A stretch of 63,174 bases of DNA, counting the filler, from Intoshia linei (Eukaryota; Animalia; Orthonectida): the NCBI GenBank assembly GCA_001642005.1. It is 11 parts of 11 records of this genome, joined end to end, with 100 filler letters (N's around TTAATTAATTAA, not from the genome) between each part and the next. Parts side by side here need not be neighbours in the genome. Positions count along the whole stretch, not along the records: positions 43,587 to 55,134 come from LWCA01001178.1; positions 55,235 to 56,333 come from LWCA01002789.1; positions 56,434 to 58,493 come from LWCA01002424.1; positions 58,594 to 60,659 come from LWCA01002423.1; positions 60,760 to 63,174 come from LWCA01002320.1; 6 more parts are not named here. One strand, given 5' to 3'. The notes beneath the pieces were generated by a model that was given only the letters and a program-made list of their open reading frames with translations, made no database searches and had not been told where the DNA came from. This document shows positions 52,625 to 63,174 of this stretch, piece by piece; positions within the stretch are counted from its first letter, which is position 1; each line of letters opens with the position of its first letter. A program made the translations under genes and the position numbers.

Positions 52625-54156
52625 TAAATATGAAATTACTTGTGTCCCTATCATTTTATATGACAGCAATGTATAGTGACTATAAAAATTACGCTTAATT
52701 ATCAATTTTAGTTTATTTGGGGTGTTATATTTAAAGCCAAAAGTATTTATCGATGATCATTGATAACGAATAAATTCTTTTAACTTAAACTGTATGCATT
52801 TACTAGCTTGACTTGTTTACTAGTTTTGACTAGTTTGACTGTTGTGTACTTCGTTCAAACGCAAGAGACTATTCGACGCCGTCGAATCGACGGACTGGTT
52901 TAGTAGCTAAGGATAAAATATAACAAATTTGGATATAAATTGAATACAATTTTGTACACAAATTAATGTCTGAATAATATAAATAAAATAATTTAAGATT
53001 GTTGACATCAGTGATTCCTAATTTTTTTCACAACATCTACTCCAGCATCATAAAAATATTCCACCGCCCTTAAATTTTTTTATTATACACTTATTACGAT
53101 ACATTCAGAGCCGTGGATAGGGGTTAGGCCATATTTCCGGGCTTACAATCATGAGGGGCTTAATTTTTTAATGTATTATCAGTGCCTAACATAAATCTTA
53201 GGCACCCCAATTGTAATTAATCTAAACACTCCTGGTTCATGAGTTTAGACATTTTCTTATATAATATCTAGTGTATAATCATGTATAAATATCATTATAA
53301 AGAGGTAAGTAACTTATTTAAATTATTTCAAGAGAGTTGGGCCAGTAAAAACCCACCTTATTTACAATATTTCTGATAAAGATAATCTGAATTATTATTA
53401 CTTTTGAACATCATTTTTCAGGTTTCCATACTCACAACGTATAATACTTTTTTGATTTAAATTTGAGAAATGATGTTTTATTGCATACAACAGTAATTTA
53501 GAAAAACTTTAAATTGAAAAATATCGCATTTATATTTCATATTTTTCACGGAACCCAAATTAAATTTCGCGGAACACGGGTTGAGAACCACTGATTTAAA
53601 ATATGCAATAATCCTTTGTATACAATAATATTAATATGATATTATTACGGTAACTTGGAGACACATTTCCCTCTATCTTTCAGAATATACATTTTGGAAT
53701 TCGGTGTATCATTTAAAAATAAAATCTAACAAATTTTTTTAAAACTGTAAAAATGTTGTCCTGTGTAATATATTAAAAATTATTTTTCACGTTGTTTGTG
53801 TGAATCAAAAATGTTTTTTGATTTTATAGGCCAGGAAAAACTTGGCCTACTAATATAAAAAATAAACGTGAGTGCTACTTCCCACGTCAGGAATCACTAT
53901 AGTATAGACTCTATATCTATACTATAGAGAAAAGGTGATTTATAATGACAGAGAAATAAACAAAAACAATTTTTGAATACTACGCACTGACTTCAATTGA
54001 AAACCAACCTTGATTTCTACCAAAAATAAGGACAAAGTAATAGATAAAGATGTAATATTTAATGACAACATAATTTAAATTATAAGAGATAAACAACAAA
54101 AATGGTATTTGAAGTTAAAATTGGCTAAACTTTATATTGTTAAAACTAATGTCATA

Positions 54157-54342
54157 CTATCCATACATTATGTGCCGTATCATATTTTTTGTTGAGTAAA
54201 ATTGCTGCATTTTTTTCAAAAAATCGTACATTTCTTTTTCGTTTCTAAATGCATTTCTTTTACTTACAAATGGAGGTACATTAGCTATTGCTATAAAACA
54301 AAGACTTGTAAATATCAGACATGTTGCAAAAAAATTGTTCAT
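54157..54342 (-). CDS. Divergent neuropeptide Y/F-like precursor (61 aa)
   Basis: Signal peptide MNNFFATCLIFTSLCFIAIA, then NVPPFVSKRNAFRNEKEMYDFLKKMQQFYSTKNMIRHIMY-G-stop. The F-x-N-x-x-E-(M/L)-x-x-(F/Y)-L-K-x-(M/L)-x-x-(F/Y)-Y pattern matches lophotrochozoan NPF; the terminal Gly is an amidation donor. Confidence 0.7.
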   Translation of the reverse strand: MNNFFATCLIFTSLCFIAIANVPPFVSKRNAFRNEKEMYDFLKKMQQFYSTKNMIRHIMYG

Positions 54343-54817
54343 GATCAAAATTTTATTTATTAATTATGAAAAAGTGATTTAGTTTTATAATTGACATTAT
54401 AATACATTGATTATCGATTTATAAATATTTTTTTAGTTAATTATTTATATTTCAATGAAATTCAATCCAATTAAAAAATTTTCAAGTTGATTTTTTAAAT
54501 TAATTTTACATGTCAATGTTGGTAAATTAATACATTAAATATTGATAAATATTTAATCTGTCGCAATTCATTATATATTATTTTTACAATTTTTGTGTTA
54601 GTTAACGTAATTCGTTTTCTCAAAACTGATTTTGACGGACGTGAATTTGTCAAAGTTAAAATTCGACTAATCAAAGTAAAATTAGATTTAGTACAAGATT
54701 GGAGTCTAGACTAGTGGTTGTTACTTTTCAAGAATCGCACTCTTAACCAAGACTTTATATTTGCAGATTTTATTACAATTAACTATCCGAACATTATAAA
54801 CTAAATTTACAATCTTT

Positions 54818-55134
54818 TAGGTGATTCACAAAGTTATGTCGTTTTTATTGATACAATTGATTAGAAACGCTTTATCACCGATAAGATTTGACATATTTCG
54901 AAATATAAAATATTTTTTAACAATCATGTGTACGACCACATCAGATGAAAACGTAATTTATTTAAATCTACATTTATTCAATCGCCATTGGACGAATGAT
55001 TTTAATGATTTTGAGGGACATTTACGTCATATTTTACTGTTTGAGTACTTTAAAGATCTTAGTGCAGTGGTAGCTACCAAAAATATATGTACTGTGTATG
55101 GTAAGGATGTTTTAAATGACAGAAAATGTCAAAG
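54818..55134 (+). mobile_element. mariner transposon 5' end (truncated by contig end)
   Basis: TIR-like TTAGGTGATTCACAAAGTTATGTCG. HLRHILLFEYFKDLSAVVATKNICTVYGKDVLNDRKCQ matches the Mos1-type N-terminal HTH. Confidence 0.85.
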
Positions 55135-55257
55135 NNNNNNNNNNNNNNNNNNNNNNNNNNNNNNNNNNNNNNNNNNNNTTAATTAATTAANNNNNNNNNN
55201 NNNNNNNNNNNNNNNNNNNNNNNNNNNNNNNNNNTATATATATATATATACAATACA

Positions 55258-55396
55258 AAAAAATATATCTTCAGGGCCAAAACCACAAATTACTCTTATT
55301 TTTTTTTAATGAAAACATGATTTTTTTGGTAGAATAAAAATGTGCCTTCGGCAGAGCTGGGTGCTGTTTGTACGTAGTATATAACAGTCAACCTAG
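55258..55396 (+). mobile_element. Helitron family A, internally deleted 3' end
   Basis: Ends GCTGTTTGTACGTAGTATATAACAGTCAAC-CTAG|T. Confidence 0.7.
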
Positions 55397-56469
55397 TGAC
55401 TTTATATCGTAAGAATTTTGTAAAATATACTGTTCAATAATTTCGCGGTATTGAATATTTGACGTGGAAAGCATTTTATCACGTATAATTTTGGATACTT
55501 TAGTTTGAAATTAATTTGTATATCATTGCTAAATAATATATATTATATTAGTATTATTATATATATTATTATTTAGGTATTGAAAAATTGATTTACAAAT
55601 TAATAAATTAATTATGTTACAATAATTTTTATTTTTTTAATATTGTAGTGATTTATTTTCCAATTCATATTGTAATTTCCTTATACATTAGTAATGTATA
55701 TGTATTTTTTCAATATAAAATATGGCCAGTGGCCACACTACCTTTATTACATCATAAATATTATAATGCTCAAAATTAGATTAAAAATTGTTTGCTTATT
55801 TTTAATTATAATTAATAATTATGAAAGAGTCCGTAATAAATGGTTTTAGGAGAGAGGTAATCTTGCAAAAATGGTTGAGAATCGCTGGCCTAAATTTAAA
55901 ATTAAAAACAATAAACACAGATGAAACACTGAATATTGTTTACACGTTCCAATAATGTATAAATTATGAAATGTTATAAAAGTGTTCCGTCAATGTAAAT
56001 GTAAGGTAAAACGTCAATGTTTTTTGTGCTTTTTGAATTTTTGTATATCAGTTTATTTACAGTTAATAAATTAATAACCCTAAAATTTAAAAAAAGATAC
56101 ATTCCAAGTCAATTTTTCCAGTGCACAAAATAATTTATAAATAAACGATTGCATCTCTAATAATTTTCAAATAAAAGTGTAATGTACTTTTGTATACCAT
56201 TAAACACAATTTGAATTAACCCATATACTCCCAGACAAATTTTTCCAATTTTTTGGCTTCGATTTTTCCAAAAATTTGAGAAGTTAATACATACTTGCCT
56301 ATTTCTCACCATATATAATTTTAGGTAATTACCNNNNNNNNNNNNNNNNNNNNNNNNNNNNNNNNNNNNNNNNNNNNTTAATTAATTAANNNNNNNNNNN
56401 NNNNNNNNNNNNNNNNNNNNNNNNNNNNNNNNNATTTTTAATTTTTTTTGTTAATTTAACATTTATTAG

Positions 56470-58284
56470 GAACTGGAGGAGAAACTGTAAGTGGAAGTTT
56501 ATGGTATATTAGACTTGTTGATCTTATTGAAATAAACAATGAGATACATACTAAAATTAATGGTCATGTAAATATTTAATTGTTATACTCAGTGCCGCGC
56601 TTACCCTACCGAGACCTTATTCGCGGGCCTTTTTAAATTTTTATAAAATGGACCCACCTTTTCATAAATTGAACATTAAAAAATTATATTAATAATATAT
56701 AATAATAATAAAATATAATAACTATTTTGTGTGTTAAATTTAAAAATTCAAGTAAATATCATGAAAGGTGGCTAGGGGATATATACCACTAGGCATCGTT
56801 GGTGAACATTTTTATTAGGCTCCTATTTTTCATTTTCGGTTGTCTCGAGCTGGTAAGATTCGGCTCTAAGTAAATTAGTGGCTCTTAGTGGTAAATGTTT
56901 TTTAAATAACATAACGTGGACAATGAAGAAAAATGAGAATTGTATTTTCGTTTTCATTAGAATTATGATAAAAAAAGTAGTATACACCACTACTACAGTG
57001 TTTGTACGTCAGCAGGATTGAACTAGGGTTTGAAATTTTAATCGTATAAATATCGTACAATTTTATAAATGAAATATCGACGTTATTAATTTATACTGAT
57101 AATTCAAAAATATAATATATATTACATTTTAGTTTGTTAAAATATTTACACCAAAAAAAGGCGGAATGATCAATCCACCCGTTCTTTGTCGTTTGAATCA
57201 AGACAATATTTACGATTTAGTATTCTCATGCTTTTCTAATGAAGTGGTGGCCATGGACGGATCAAATTTCAAAATAATTTGGATATATGAATTTTCGAGT
57301 CATGAGTCATATTCGTAATACATCTTTATATCCTTAAATCTGTATATATTTATAAATTCAATACTCATAAACAATGGGTATAAAAATGCATATCAATACG
57401 GATAAATAAAATCTAATTTTTTAATTTATTTCTATTTATTAAGAATACCTGCTCCCGGATACTACAACCAAGACAAATATTTGGATTTTATGGTTAAATA
57501 TATGAATGGGCCAGGATATCCAGTTTATTATAACGGAGAAGTAAAATATAAACTATATATTTAGAGTATAGTATCTTAATGATAATTTTATAGTTGAAAT
57601 GCATAATGGAGTTATTCTTTTACAATTACAATTTTAAACAATTTTTACTTTGAATTAATTTTGTAAAATTTGAATTTTTTTAGTTATAATTACAAAAAAT
57701 CATGTATATCGACATGTAATACTTCTATTATTTAAAAATTGCCCTTAAACTTTAGTTTAATTCTTAAAGTATAGAAAAATTGTAACAATTACAATAATGA
57801 TATGGGTAATAGTCTTTTTAAACAAAAAAAGAAATCTTAAATTTTAGTTTTTTCCAGAAAGATTGAACTTACTGTAAATTTAAATTTTAGACAACAATAT
57901 TGAACGGGGTTAATGGAAAAGCAATCATATCCGCTCAAAATGATACGGTTGGATCAATGAGCTCACCTGTTACAATCAGTTTTGAAGGCGGCGATTTTTT
58001 TATTTTCTGGAAAATATTTTGCGCAAAAAAAAATTCATCAAATGGGAAATATTTATCAGGTTTGATATACACTTTTAACTAAAAATATTTAAATGGCTAT
58101 ATACATTTTAGGAACAGTAAATAAATGTAAAGCTAAATATGATTCTATTCAAGTTTCTGAATTGCATTTGATGTCGAAAATCATGGAAAAACCGATAATT
58201 TTATATAATTCACGTAATTTAAATTAGGTTTCATAATGTTACTTTTAGTTGATAGCTATAGAACAGAATATACTGTTTTACAAG
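56470..58284 (+). CDS. FAM234/ITFG3-like FG-GAP beta-propeller protein, internal exons
   Basis: Six GT-AG exons: GTGGETVSGSLW; KGGMINPPVLCRLNQDNIYDLVF...VVAMDGSNFKIIW...ESYS; IPAPGYYNQDKYLDFMVKYMNGPGYPVYY; ILNGVNGKAII...SSPVTISFEGGDFFIFW. Confidence 0.75.
56590..56868. mobile_element. CAGTGCCG-type MITE in intron (related ends at ~2202, ~42626, ~61754)
   Basis: CAGTGCCGCGCTTACC...GGTAAGATTCGGCTCT imperfect TIRs. Confidence 0.5.
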
Positions 58285-58652
58285 GTATATTATTCACAAA
58301 TACATATATAATATCGGCACACGTTAATGCATTGGTTCTCAAACTTTTTCATCTTGCGACTCGCGACCTTTTATGAATAACTAACAATTTCGCACCCCTA
58401 CCGATAATTATTACCATAATTATGAAAAACCAAAGATTTCACGAGACTTCACTTATTGTAGCTAGTGATTGTGATTTCCCGGGAATTTTAAATNNNNNNN
58501 NNNNNNNNNNNNNNNNNNNNNNNNNNNNNNNNNNNNNTTAATTAATTAANNNNNNNNNNNNNNNNNNNNNNNNNNNNNNNNNNNNNNNNNNNNTTTGAAA
58601 TAACATAACTGGCATTAGTATTATTTTTATCTGTACCCATCCTATTCATGAA

Positions 58653-58968
58653 TAGGGTTACTAACATTAACTTATCCTCAACTCGAATTTTTGAGCGAAG
58701 CTCAAAATTTGGCTGAAGCGCAGCGTGTTATTTTTTTTGGGGGCTCTCTTTTACTTTGGGATCTCTTTTTAAAAAAATAATAACAGTTTACACATCTTAT
58801 ACATCAAATACAGTCGCTTATTCATCCAATATAAATAAAATATGTCTGATCTGATGATTTTGATTGAAATAATTAAATTACCCTGAGAAATATTACTTAA
58901 CCCTGAATTCTGAATTGAATTTGAATAGCCGAAGTCTCAGGGGGAAAATGATGCAGTTGGCAACCCTA
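58653..58968. mobile_element. hAT-type MITE (TAGGGTT ends) inserted in an hAT remnant
   Basis: TTCATGAA|TAGGGTTACTAAC...GTTGGCAACCCTA|TTCGTGAA: 8-bp near-identical TSD. Confidence 0.7.
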
Positions 58969-58979
58969 TTCGTGAACAA

Positions 58980-59391
58980 AATAGCCTGTTTTTTTAAACC
59001 ATTTTTTTTAATTTATTGAATTTGTCTGATCTCAAATTTCTATGAATTTTTTGATATGTCGATTTATGTTTGTTTTTATAATGAAGCTTGATGTTATTCA
59101 CTTTATTAACAGCAATATTTTCTCGGCAAATTACACAAACAGGTTTGTTGTAGTGCCCCATAAAATAATATTCTAATTCCCATAATTTTTGAAAAATTCT
59201 GCATTCAGACTTTTCTTTTTTATTTTCTTGCTTATTTAAGACGATAAAATATGTTATAATGTAAATTTTTAATCTCTTAATGTTAATTATAATGTACAAT
59301 CTAGAATTTTAAATAAAAAAATAATTTTTATAATAAAAATTATTTTGGGCCGGATCTAAACACCTCGCAGTCTGTATGTTGCTCATCCCTG
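58980..59391 (-). mobile_element. SPIN/GTF2IRD2-like (Buster) hAT transposase 5' end
   Basis: TIR CAGGGATGAGCAAC. SECRIFQKLWELEYYF...KPVCVICRENIAVNKVNNIKLHYKNKH is the typical N-terminal zinc finger. Confidence 0.82.
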
Positions 59392-59639
59392 CTTTAAATC
59401 ATGAGCATCATCCTCATCAGATTAATTTTTACTATCAGGTATTTTGAAGGATTACTTTTTATTATCAGGTTTTACGTTGTAATTATTTATGGATGTCATT
59501 GTAATGAATTAGATATTTAAGATCAAAGATATAAATTTAATATTTAAAGAAATTATTTTCGTTATTTTCACGATAATGGATAAAATCATAGTGACTAACT
59601 TTATTCATTACATTTATTTTCCCAAATCTTCATCCCATC

Positions 59640-60659
59640 GAAATTTTGAAGGTGGGCGGCATTTTGACCTATCTCTAAGTTTATATATTGATTGTTGTTT
59701 GTGAGAGCGATTGTAAATTGGAAAAAAAATTTTGTACTTTCTTATCAAAATTATGTTTAACCCGTTCATTATGGATACATTTGGTTTTTTTTATTTGTTG
59801 CTCCATGTGAACTCTTGGTATTACTATTTTTAAACACATATCGTATCCTAACACAATGGAGGATGGTGAAACTCCAATTTTTGCAAACTCGGTAGATCGC
59901 AATCCCATTAAAACATATATGAGTCGTTCATCCCAATCATCTTCATTTGCTAAATTCTTAATTTTTCCCGAATTGTTCTATTTCACCGTTCTACTAATCC
60001 ATTTTGCCGGTGTATATATGGTTTATAATGAGTTTTAGATATTTTATTCATTTTACACAAACTGGACTCTACCTCACCCTCAAATTGCTTAGCAGCGTCA
60101 AAATGCATTTAATCTGGAGGGCCATATCGAGTTATAATACTCTTTATTAAACAATCTGCAATCGTTTGTACATTAATGTTGGCAATAGCTTCAGCTTCCA
60201 CCCAACCAGAGAAGTGATCACACATTACTAAAATGTATTTATTTAATTTTGCTGTCTCCGTTAATAGACCCAACAGATCTATTTGCTATACATGATTAAA
60301 ACGAGTGGACTCAACCTGTTTTAACTTGTTAAAAAGTGTGTGGTTTCTGTGTTTGTTCTCGTTACATTTTATACATTTCGACACATATTTTTAACATTGC
60401 GATAAATATGTGACCAAAAATATTTCTTTCTAATATTTCGAAAGGTTTTAGTTATTCCTGGGTGGAAAAACATTAATGAGTCATGATAATTTTGGATAAT
60501 GTCTGTGATGTGACAATTCGGCACAATTAATAATAACGAGCCCTTATCATTACAATAAATCACATTTTTCTTCGTTATAATATTAGGTTTTAGATAATTG
60601 TATTTTTTCGAAATCTCGTCACTTTTATTACATTGAATATATTCATTTGCTAAACTTTT
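59640..60659 (-). mobile_element. Ty3/Gypsy integrase remnant
   Basis: LLIVP...IIQNYHDSLMFFHPGITKT...KYFWSHIY, IDLLGL...KYILVMCDHFSGWVEAEAI, RYGPPD*MHFDAAKQF, LRSTEFAKIGVSPSSIVLG, with stops and frameshifts. Confidence 0.88.
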
Positions 60660-62877
60660 NNNNNNNNNNNNNNNNNNNNNNNNNNNNNNNNNNNNNNNNN
60701 NNNTTAATTAATTAANNNNNNNNNNNNNNNNNNNNNNNNNNNNNNNNNNNNNNNNNNNNTTGCACATATTTTCAAAATTAAACAGATTAAAAGTATAATT
60801 TTCATAGTCTTACAATTTATGTATAGTTTATCCTTACTTATATATAATATGTTTTGCAATATTTGTTTATGTATGTATCATTTATTACCATAACCACCAG
60901 TATATTCTCTACACCATATTACACAATATTTGTTTTCTATTTATGTAGTCATGTTTGTATTTGATATGGTCATTTTTTAAAATTGATGGTAATAATTGAA
61001 AATCATAGGAAATGAATATTAACTATGCCTTAGCTACATCTGAGGCTTGAGTACAATCAACAATTGCTCATAAACAAATAAAAATTTATAATATTTATAC
61101 GATTTTTAATATTATTTTTTATTGCATTCAAGTGATATAAACTTATTTAAATTTAAACTTATCTTAATTTATTTAATGTGTATTGTTAATTGTTTAATTT
61201 AATTTTAATAATGCAATGTCAATAGTATTATTTTCTAACAGATTTATTGCCACTAATAAAAATATCAATCAAAGAATATTTTCCATTATTGAAACATTAA
61301 AGATTGCAAATTTCCTTTATATTGTATTTTTATTGAAGATAATTATTTTAACCTTTACGAGACAATAAAACGTATATATACCAAAAAGTACAATATAAAT
61401 TTACTATTTTTTGTATACATGCAAAAAATGAATATGACAAAATGTGTAATAATAAACATAATCCGTTTATAATTAACGAAAGGTAAAACCTAGAGCCAAA
61501 CCTATTTATTTCGAGGGAACTCAAAAATAAAAAATAAACAGCTAAAACTTTTTCACAAACTATGCATAATGGCATATAGCCCTAACGATCTCAATATCAC
61601 CTTGACTTGATATCATAAATTTATCGTACAAAATAGTTATGATATTATAGAATATAATTTTTTTAATGCTCGATTTTGAAAAATGATGGCCCCATTTTAC
61701 AAAAATTTTTTATGGACGACCAAAAGGGTCTCGGGTACCATAGGTTCGGCACTGGTAGAACTCGTTCAAATGACGAATTTATAACGTGTTTTTATAATAT
61801 GTTATATGTTTTAATACACTTTTTAAATAATGTAAGATCAATAATTTTTTTCATAATTAAATTTATACTTATAAAATTTTATTAAATAAGCTATTTCTTT
61901 AATTAGGGTATTAACTAATGCCTATTATTTATTCTTTTATACGGTAAATTTATATAAAGAATAAAATGGACTTGGTGATAGTTGACTATATATAATAATG
62001 ATAAACCAAATTATACATTATTCCAAAAGTGTTTAATTTATTGTAACAATAACCAAATATGTTAAATAAATTTTCCCACATCTCGATATTATTTCAATTT
62101 TAATGTACTACTATTTGAATCCGATCTTTTTACTCTAATAAAATGGTATTTTATTAAATTAAACATAAATACATTTTAAATGCTGTAAAACCTCTCAATA
62201 CCGCCACATTTTGAAAATATTTTTAAAAAAAATTAGAAAATGCATAGACTTCGGAGGTTCATTTTTGTATCTAGGTCAGTGGTTCCCAAACTTTTTTCAC
62301 CATGGACCACTTGTCCCACAAAAAATCCACTTAATCTTGAACTAATCCTAATGAGAAATATATACTTAAAAGTCGTGGTATAGTTTTTTAAGCTTTAATT
62401 TTGAAAAAGTCCGACCACCCAATCAAATTAGGTATTATAAATATATTTTTTAAAACCTTAACATTTATTGTAATTGTTGTTACCATAGTTTTTTATTAGA
62501 TATTAAGTGGGTATAATGCAGGGGTTCTAACTTTTTTCACGGCGGATTGGTTATAAATTATAAAATATATCGCGAACCATTTAAGCGAAATTACTACCAT
62601 TAAAAAAAAAATTTGATAAATAATCGTAATAAATCGACTTCTAATTAGTAAAAAAGGTCTCTATAATTTGTATAATAAAAAATTTAATATTATAAATATT
62701 GCGTTGAGTACCATTCTAAAGAAATTATCAAAACTACGGTGGAATATGACATATTTAACCCACGTCTAAATCAAAAAAAAGCGATGCATTCCTATCAAAT
62801 CGAACGAACAAATTTTACATCAAAGATTATTCTTTTACCTACCATAGAGAAAATGTAAATAATTATTATTGTAATAA

Positions 62878-63174
62878 TCATTACTTATATAATATGCTTT
62901 GCAATATTTGTTTGTATGCGCGTGTTATCGTTTATTTCAATAATACCATGTTATCATTTTATAAAGTCCACATTTCAATTACAGTTTTTTCCAGGGATGT
63001 TAGGAAAATAAATTTTAACTTTTCAAACTCACATCTTACGGGTCAAAAACTCTAACTGTTTTTTTTTGAAAATCAAACGAGTTAGAAAATTAAAAAAAAT
63101 ATATACGCTGATACGGATTATAAAATCATAAACATTATCATAAATTTAAAAAAATTATATCTTCAGGACCAAAA
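62878..63174 (+). mobile_element. Helitron family A, 5' portion running off the window
   Basis: A|TCATTACTTATATAATATG start; collinear with 16028 onward. Confidence 0.7.

Noticed and set aside
56870-57040. tRNA/SINE-like A/B-box fragments (also ~54690-54755)
   Set aside because: No cloverleaf could be folded; too degenerate to call.
10934-60759. Recurrent TTAATTAATTAA palindrome as a biological motif
   Set aside because: It is always centred in exactly 100-bp N spacers, so it is an assembly linker. For the same reason, gene neighbourhoods across spacers were not interpreted.

Overview
Very AT-rich eukaryotic (animal) DNA, not prokaryotic. It is made of short contigs joined by ten artificial 100-bp N/TTAATTAATTAA/N spacers, so adjacency across spacers is not guaranteed. 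Genes have many very short GT-AG introns (about 32-60 bp). With a bilaterian-type NPY/NPF-like neuropeptide, this suggests a compact-intron, probably parasitic bilaterian such as an orthonectid (inference only). Hand-spliced host genes: CNOT4 (apparently lacking its RING), SKP1, the 3' part of GCN2/EIF2AK4, the 5' part of ERCC1, an isolated ACTR6 exon, and two convergent secreted histidine-acid-phosphatase paralogues that have lost their catalytic motifs and flank an intronless double-RING gene. Also present: a large Cys-rich/TM/coiled-coil protein, a frameshifted VPS10/sortilin-like ORF, an NPY/NPF-like precursor and a FAM234-like gene. Much of the rest is mobile DNA: a multi-copy non-autonomous Helitron family, hAT elements and MITEs, Tigger/pogo, mariner, MULE and Ty3/Gypsy remnants. 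One Gypsy element has a PHD finger plus an unknown extension after its integrase and a probable 114-bp LTR. All homology calls come from recognising motifs by eye; no searches were run.
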